NCBI RefSeq assembly: GCF_964355755.1
Contig: NC_092680.1
Span: forward strand, 2,542,001-2,606,000
DNA length: 64,000 bases
Direction of reading: 5' to 3'
Source of the DNA: Antedon mediterranea
Taxonomy: Eukaryota > Animalia > Echinodermata
The stretch's first letter is position 1. Every line of letters starts with the position of its first letter. This document shows, piece by piece, positions 58,732-64,000 of this stretch. The translations under genes and the position numbers were made by a program. The notes under the pieces were generated by a model. That model saw only the letters and a list, made by a program, of their open reading frames with translations, ran no database searches and had not been told where the DNA came from.

Positions 58732-61700
58732 TTAATTATCTTCCGATCCACTTTTTTCCAGTTTGTTTTCTTGTTCCTTTGTTTCTTGTTCCTTCCAATA
58801 CCTGTAATTATTTTGTAAGTGGACGATAACTTCTGGACAATCAATAAATTCTGCAAAAGAAAAAAATTCATCCAATTGTAAATGTTGTTGCTTAATAATA
58901 ACTTAAAGTAAACATATTATCATCAAAATAAATTTTGTAATACTAAAGCTCTGTCCACACTATCCAAGTTTATGTGACAAAAAAATAGACAAATATAGAC
59001 ATGATGATGTCATATCACTACCATATTTGGGTATATCACTACCATATTTGGGTATATCACTACCATATTTGGGCATATCAACCTACCATATTTGGGCACA
59101 TCACAATTTCTTTTGTCAAATTAGAGCTGTAGAATGTTAATGTTTAAAATGGCCCATCACACTTTTGTTGTCAACTAGTGTAGACAGAGCTTTAGTCATA
59201 CACATTCTATACATAAATTAATCCGTGCATTGCTCACTTACCGTCCCATACATCAAACATATCGTTGATGAAATATTCAATAAAAGACATCTGTGACTTT
59301 GGAATGCTACAAGTGACTCTATCAAAGACAGGCATAACAACAGGTAAACCTCTTCTCTTTTCTTCTTCAGTCTATAAATTCAATACAAACAATGTATGAA
59401 TGAATAACACAGGTTGAATATGCATCAAGATATGATGATGAAGATATAGTACTTGTCTGAATAGCAACCATGTTGAATTAAGTATCACCCTATTTTTTTA
59501 CACATATCCTAAAGCTCTGTCTACACTATCAAACTAGTTTGACAAAAAAACTGTGATGTGCCCAAATATGGTAGTGATATGACATCATCATGTCCATATT
59601 TGGGCATATCACTACCATATGTGGGCATATTACTAAAATATTTAAACACATCACACCTTTTTTGTCAAACTAGTTTGATAGTGTAGACAGAGCTTTACTG
59701 CCATATTTGTTGTTATTATTTACCTGTGAAAAGTATTCCTCAGCTATTCTGTCAGCCCAGGCTACACACAGGTCCTGAGGCTTGGTGGGGTTGGCCACAT
59801 CGGCACATTTGATAAGCATTCGCCGTATAAGTGTGCGATTCTCTGGTGCCACATTGGAGCTAAGTGAGATACCTCCAGGAGAACCACTGATCTGTTAAAA
59901 AAAAAAGAAGAAACGATTGGATGGCTAACTGAAAATTCTGTGGAAAATGCCTTGAAATCCAGTATCTAACAGGAAGACTTCCTTTAATGCATGAACACAG
60001 TGTTTTACTATTTCCATATAAGGATAGAATTTTAACATACAAAATTGATCTCTGAACAAAAACTTTGTAAAATAAATAAAGATAAAATAACATACCACTG
60101 ACATGCCATCCTCTGCATTTGTTTTAATAAAACTGGTTGTAAACTTGTTGAGATGTTCAAAATGTTTCGTCATTTCTGTGGCCAACACCATATCAATGAT
60201 AGTCTGACGTAACATACGATATTCATCTCTAAAAAAAAAAACCCAAACATAAATAAATTGATTTTCCACTCATGTCAAGCATGTGGCCAAAATATTACAA
60301 TCCACTTGCAACTTGAAAATGTTTAAAAACCATTTATTCAATTCTCATTATTTCACAATGCATTGGCTTTTTTGTTGGTGACAGTTAATACAATCTGCAA
60401 CTCAAGTAAATGAGGTTGCAGAAATTGAAGAATTTTATAGAAGATAACTTTTAAAAAGAAAAAGTAAACTTACTGATCCATATTTTTGAATATGTTGCAT
60501 TTATCTTCTTTGGTCGTCACTTGGAATGCCAAGGCAGCATGGTGGCTCTCCAACACAGCTCTGCAAATAAAACAATAATTTATATATACAGTGTATATAT
60601 CACCTCCGGAATACAGTATTTTCATGCAAAATGACCTGATACAATGGACTTAAAACTAAATTCCATAAAGTAAAATTTGAACATGAATGTCAAATCAGAA
60701 GCTAGGGGACTGTATAGTATTGACAATATGGAGAGTCGGTTTTTTGGTCCTTATAACCCTTTGTATTTAAGAGTTAAGCTCTGTCTACCCTGTCTAGTTT
60801 GACGAAAAAAGTGTGATGTGCCCAAATATGGTAATGATGTGCCCAAATATGGTAGTGATATGACATCATTATGTTCATATATGGACACATCACATTGTTT
60901 TTGTCACATAAAGTTTGATAGTGTAGACAAGGCTTTAATGATGTATTAAAAGTATTCTGAAATAAAACAAATGTCATCAAATATGATCTTTTAACTTTAA
61001 AAACATATGACTTTTTTGGAATGATTCACTTACTACTCTGGTACTATATTATACATAAATCATTTTAACATAACACAATCACAAATCATTAATCATGTTA
61101 CCGTACAAATGTCATAAATGTCATACAAATCACGTTTGTACACATAAATCCATATTGCCAAGAAATACCAACATGACATTTTCTACCTCCTGTGGCGAAC
61201 ATTATCTTTCTTAGATGGATTCAATTTGTGCTATAAATAAATAAACTAGATGTGTATTTAGCCTAAGTACCTCATTAGATGTAACACAATTCTATTTGCA
61301 AGATATTTTTAGAAGTAATAGTTGGCGTTTTTTTACTTAATGAAAATATGATGATAATAATTCTTCCGATTTTTTTTACTTAACAGCGAAGGCAACAATT
61401 TATATGCAATTAAGATACCTTTGACAGGGTGTCATTGGAATTTGAGCCCTTGTATTGCTAGTGCAAACTTGGCTTAATATAGGAAACTTATTCTCCAATA
61501 GCACTGATTGAGGAAATTGTATATATATATTTTTCTAGCTGTTTTATTTTATCGTTCTGATTTAGCTTTTTGCTTTTTTTTTGTATCTCCATTTAGATCC
61601 AGCCACTGATACCCACAGCATTGTCGTTATTGTCAGTATTTTGCCTTTAGATTTATATTCTATCCTTTGATTGGCTGATTGTGTGTCACATGATATTCAA

Positions 61701-63465
61701 TAAATAGTCCATTGCAACTACGCAACATCAAGAGTGATTTTATCGCTATGCGAGTGCAAACTTGTATTACATACATACATAATTATTTCATCATGTTTGT
61801 AGTATACAAACTTATAATGGTTATCTAAAGCTATTATATTAACTTAGCAGATAACTGAATAATACATCAAACATCTATCAATCAGTTTTTTTTCCAATTC
61901 TTCCATTCGCGCCTTTAAATGTTAAGGAGAACATTTTTTTAAGTTATGGAACAAATAAAGTTGATTCTTTGATTTCATAGTGACATCTGACATCAATCGA
62001 TCAATCAGTATAAGATTGTATTTTTTTATGTATAATTCTTCCATTCGCGCTTTTAAATGTTGGGAACATTTTTTTAGTTATGGAACAAATAAAGTTGATT
62101 CTTTGATTTCATAGTGACACCTGACATCAATCGATCAATCAGTATAAGATTGTATTTTTTTATGTATAATTCTTCCATTCGCGCTTTTAAATGTTGGGAA
62201 CATTTTTTTAGTTATGGAACAAATAAAGTTGATTCTTTGATTTCATAGTGACACCTGACATCAATCGATCAATCAGTATAAGATTGTATTTTTTTTATGT
62301 ATAATTCTTCCATTCGCGCTTTTAAATGTTGGGAACATTTTTTTAGTTATGGAACAAATAAAGTTGATTCTTTGATTTCATAGTGACACCTGACATCAAT
62401 CGATCAATCAGTATAAGATTGTATTTTTTTTATGTATAATTCTTCCATTCGCGCTTTTAAATGTTGGGAACATTTTTTTAGTTATGGAACAAATAAAGTT
62501 GATTCTTTGATTTCATAGTGACACCTGACATCAATCGATCAATCAGTATAAGATTGTATTTTTTTAATGTATAATTCTTCCATTCGCGCTTTTAAATGTT
62601 GGGAACATTTTTTTTAAGTTATGTAACAAATAAAGTTGATTCTTTGATTTCATAGTGACATCTGACATTTTGAGAATGTCAGTTAAGTACCAAAATACTT
62701 ACGTATCATTGTATAGGATTGCGAGTTCACTTCCTGCATTGCATAAGAATGAATTAGTTCTTCCTGGGTGGTCAACGTCGTGAACAGTTGCCGCAATTAA
62801 CGATGCTACTTGGTCGTACGTGTCAAAACATTGCTGAGGAAAAAAGAGCGCATTTAAACAATTACAATTTATGAGACTATAATTACGAAAAATAGAGTAA
62901 TACTGGGCTAAAATTTAGCAATCTTTGTGTTGAAAAAATAAAATAGTTAAGAAGTTCTTAAAAAAACTGCAACCTTATATTTATCAATTCATTTCTAAAG
63001 CTCTGTATCCACTATCAAACTTTATGTGACAAAAAAATGTGATGTACCCATATATGGACATGATGATGTCATATCACTACTATGTTTTGGCATATTACTA
63101 CTATATTTGGGCACAACACACTTTTTTTGTCAAACTAGTTTCAGAGATTTAGTAAAAAAAAATGATTAATAAAAACAAAGTTTAAATTAGACCTTAAATT
63201 AGAAACATGGTTTTACTTTTTTTTTGTTTATTTATGAAAAAAGTAACTTAAAAAAAAGTAATTACCTTCAGTTTATCCTTACTGAGAAAGTAAGCCGTCG
63301 TATGAAGTACGTCTGCCGCATGAGTTGAGTTATGGTACGGGTTTGATGAATGATAATTTGCTTCGATAACTTGTAACCAGTTACGTAGCACTGCCTCTGA
63401 GCAGTTTAAGTAGCTACACACACTAAACCGTGTAAATATACTCATCCCTAAATTTACCAACGGTC
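58732..63465 (-). CDS. cAMP phosphodiesterase PDE8 family, 3' catalytic-domain exons (5' part lies beyond the window)
   Basis: Exons about 63465-63266 ([26 protein letters not shown]), 62834-62703 ([30 protein letters not shown]), 60560-60474 ([12 protein letters not shown]), 60228-60095 ([20 protein letters not shown]), 59892-59724 ([12 protein letters not shown]...EEYFSQ), 59371-59242 ([24 protein letters not shown]) and 58850-58732 (stop TAA). Confidence 0.93.
61865..62668 (+). repeat. About 135-bp tandem repeat, about 6 copies, in a PDE8 intron
   Basis: Recurrent unit ...aattcttccattcgcgcttttaaatgttgggaacattttttagttatggaacaaataaagttgattctttgatttcatagtgacacctgacatcaatcgatcaatcagtataagattgta...; copies differ mainly in T-run length. 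Confidence 0.95.
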
Positions 63466-63718
63466 TGAAATTAATAAGACAATAATTTGTATTAATTAAT
63501 AATTCAATAATAAAAAATAAGAACATCTGTGGCATATGTACAAATTAATTGTTGTTATCTTTACAATGTAAATACAAATCCTCTGTTTAAACTGAGAAAA
63601 CGGGGGTTGTGTACTCTAAAAAATCCACTCATTTTGAATAGTTCATGAGTTAATTAAAATATGTATTTTGAACATGTGCAAAGCTAATTATGTAAATTAA
63701 TTATGCAAGTACTAATTA

Positions 63719-63855
63719 AGCTTGGTTCCCATTAGAACGTAAACGCAACGAAAGCGTTGTTAGCAATCACAAGCGAATAAGCCATCGCTTGTGATTGGTC
63801 AATTCACTTGCGTTGCTTTACGTCCATGCGTTGCGTCGCTAGTGGGAACCAAGCT
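63719..63855. mobile_element. Harbinger-like MITE (family C)
   Basis: TIR AGCTTGGTTCCCATTAG...CTAGTGGGAACCAAGCT; inner inverted arms caatcacaagcga / tcgcttgtgattg; TTA on the left flank. Confidence 0.65.
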
Positions 63856-64000
63856 TGTGTGAACAGCAATTAATAAGATAGTAGCAATAGATAATTCGAT
63901 AACGAGGCCATTTCAGTAAGTTAATTTTAAAATGTTGTACGTAACACATATACAATTCATGATTCCTGCATAATAAGGCTTAACACTAACAGAAGTGGTT

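Overview
This is AT-rich, intron-containing animal genomic DNA, probably from an invertebrate deuterostome such as an echinoderm (inference from the gene set and repeat content). It carries seven host genes. Six form head-to-head pairs: SNUPN(-)/TSPAN3-like(+), FAM81-like(-)/a 24-finger C2H2 protein with an Ikaros/Hunchback-type C-terminal finger pair(+), and KHDC4(-)/WDR41(+). The seventh is the 3' part of a PDE8 gene(-). The main feature is an apparently intact, very young 6.3-kb Kolobok-type DNA transposon (22815-29152) with a TTAA target duplication and 476-bp terminal inverted repeats (TIRs) in which I found one mismatch. It carries two convergent spliced genes: a THAP-DDE transposase, and a KolX-type protein matching the Zn-binding cytoplasmic 'ballast' domain of the vertebrate P2X7 receptor. 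Both genes appear to start from mirror-image promoters in the TIRs. KHDC4 introns hold two copies of an H/ACA RNA whose guide pockets fit U2 snRNA Psi41 and Psi39 (SCARNA4-like), and another KHDC4 intron is strongly structured. The window also has about 25-30 copies of a Harbinger-type MITE, other MITEs, SINE/LINE fragments and minisatellites. Exon boundaries were read by eye, and gene and family names rest on recalled homolog sequences, not database searches.
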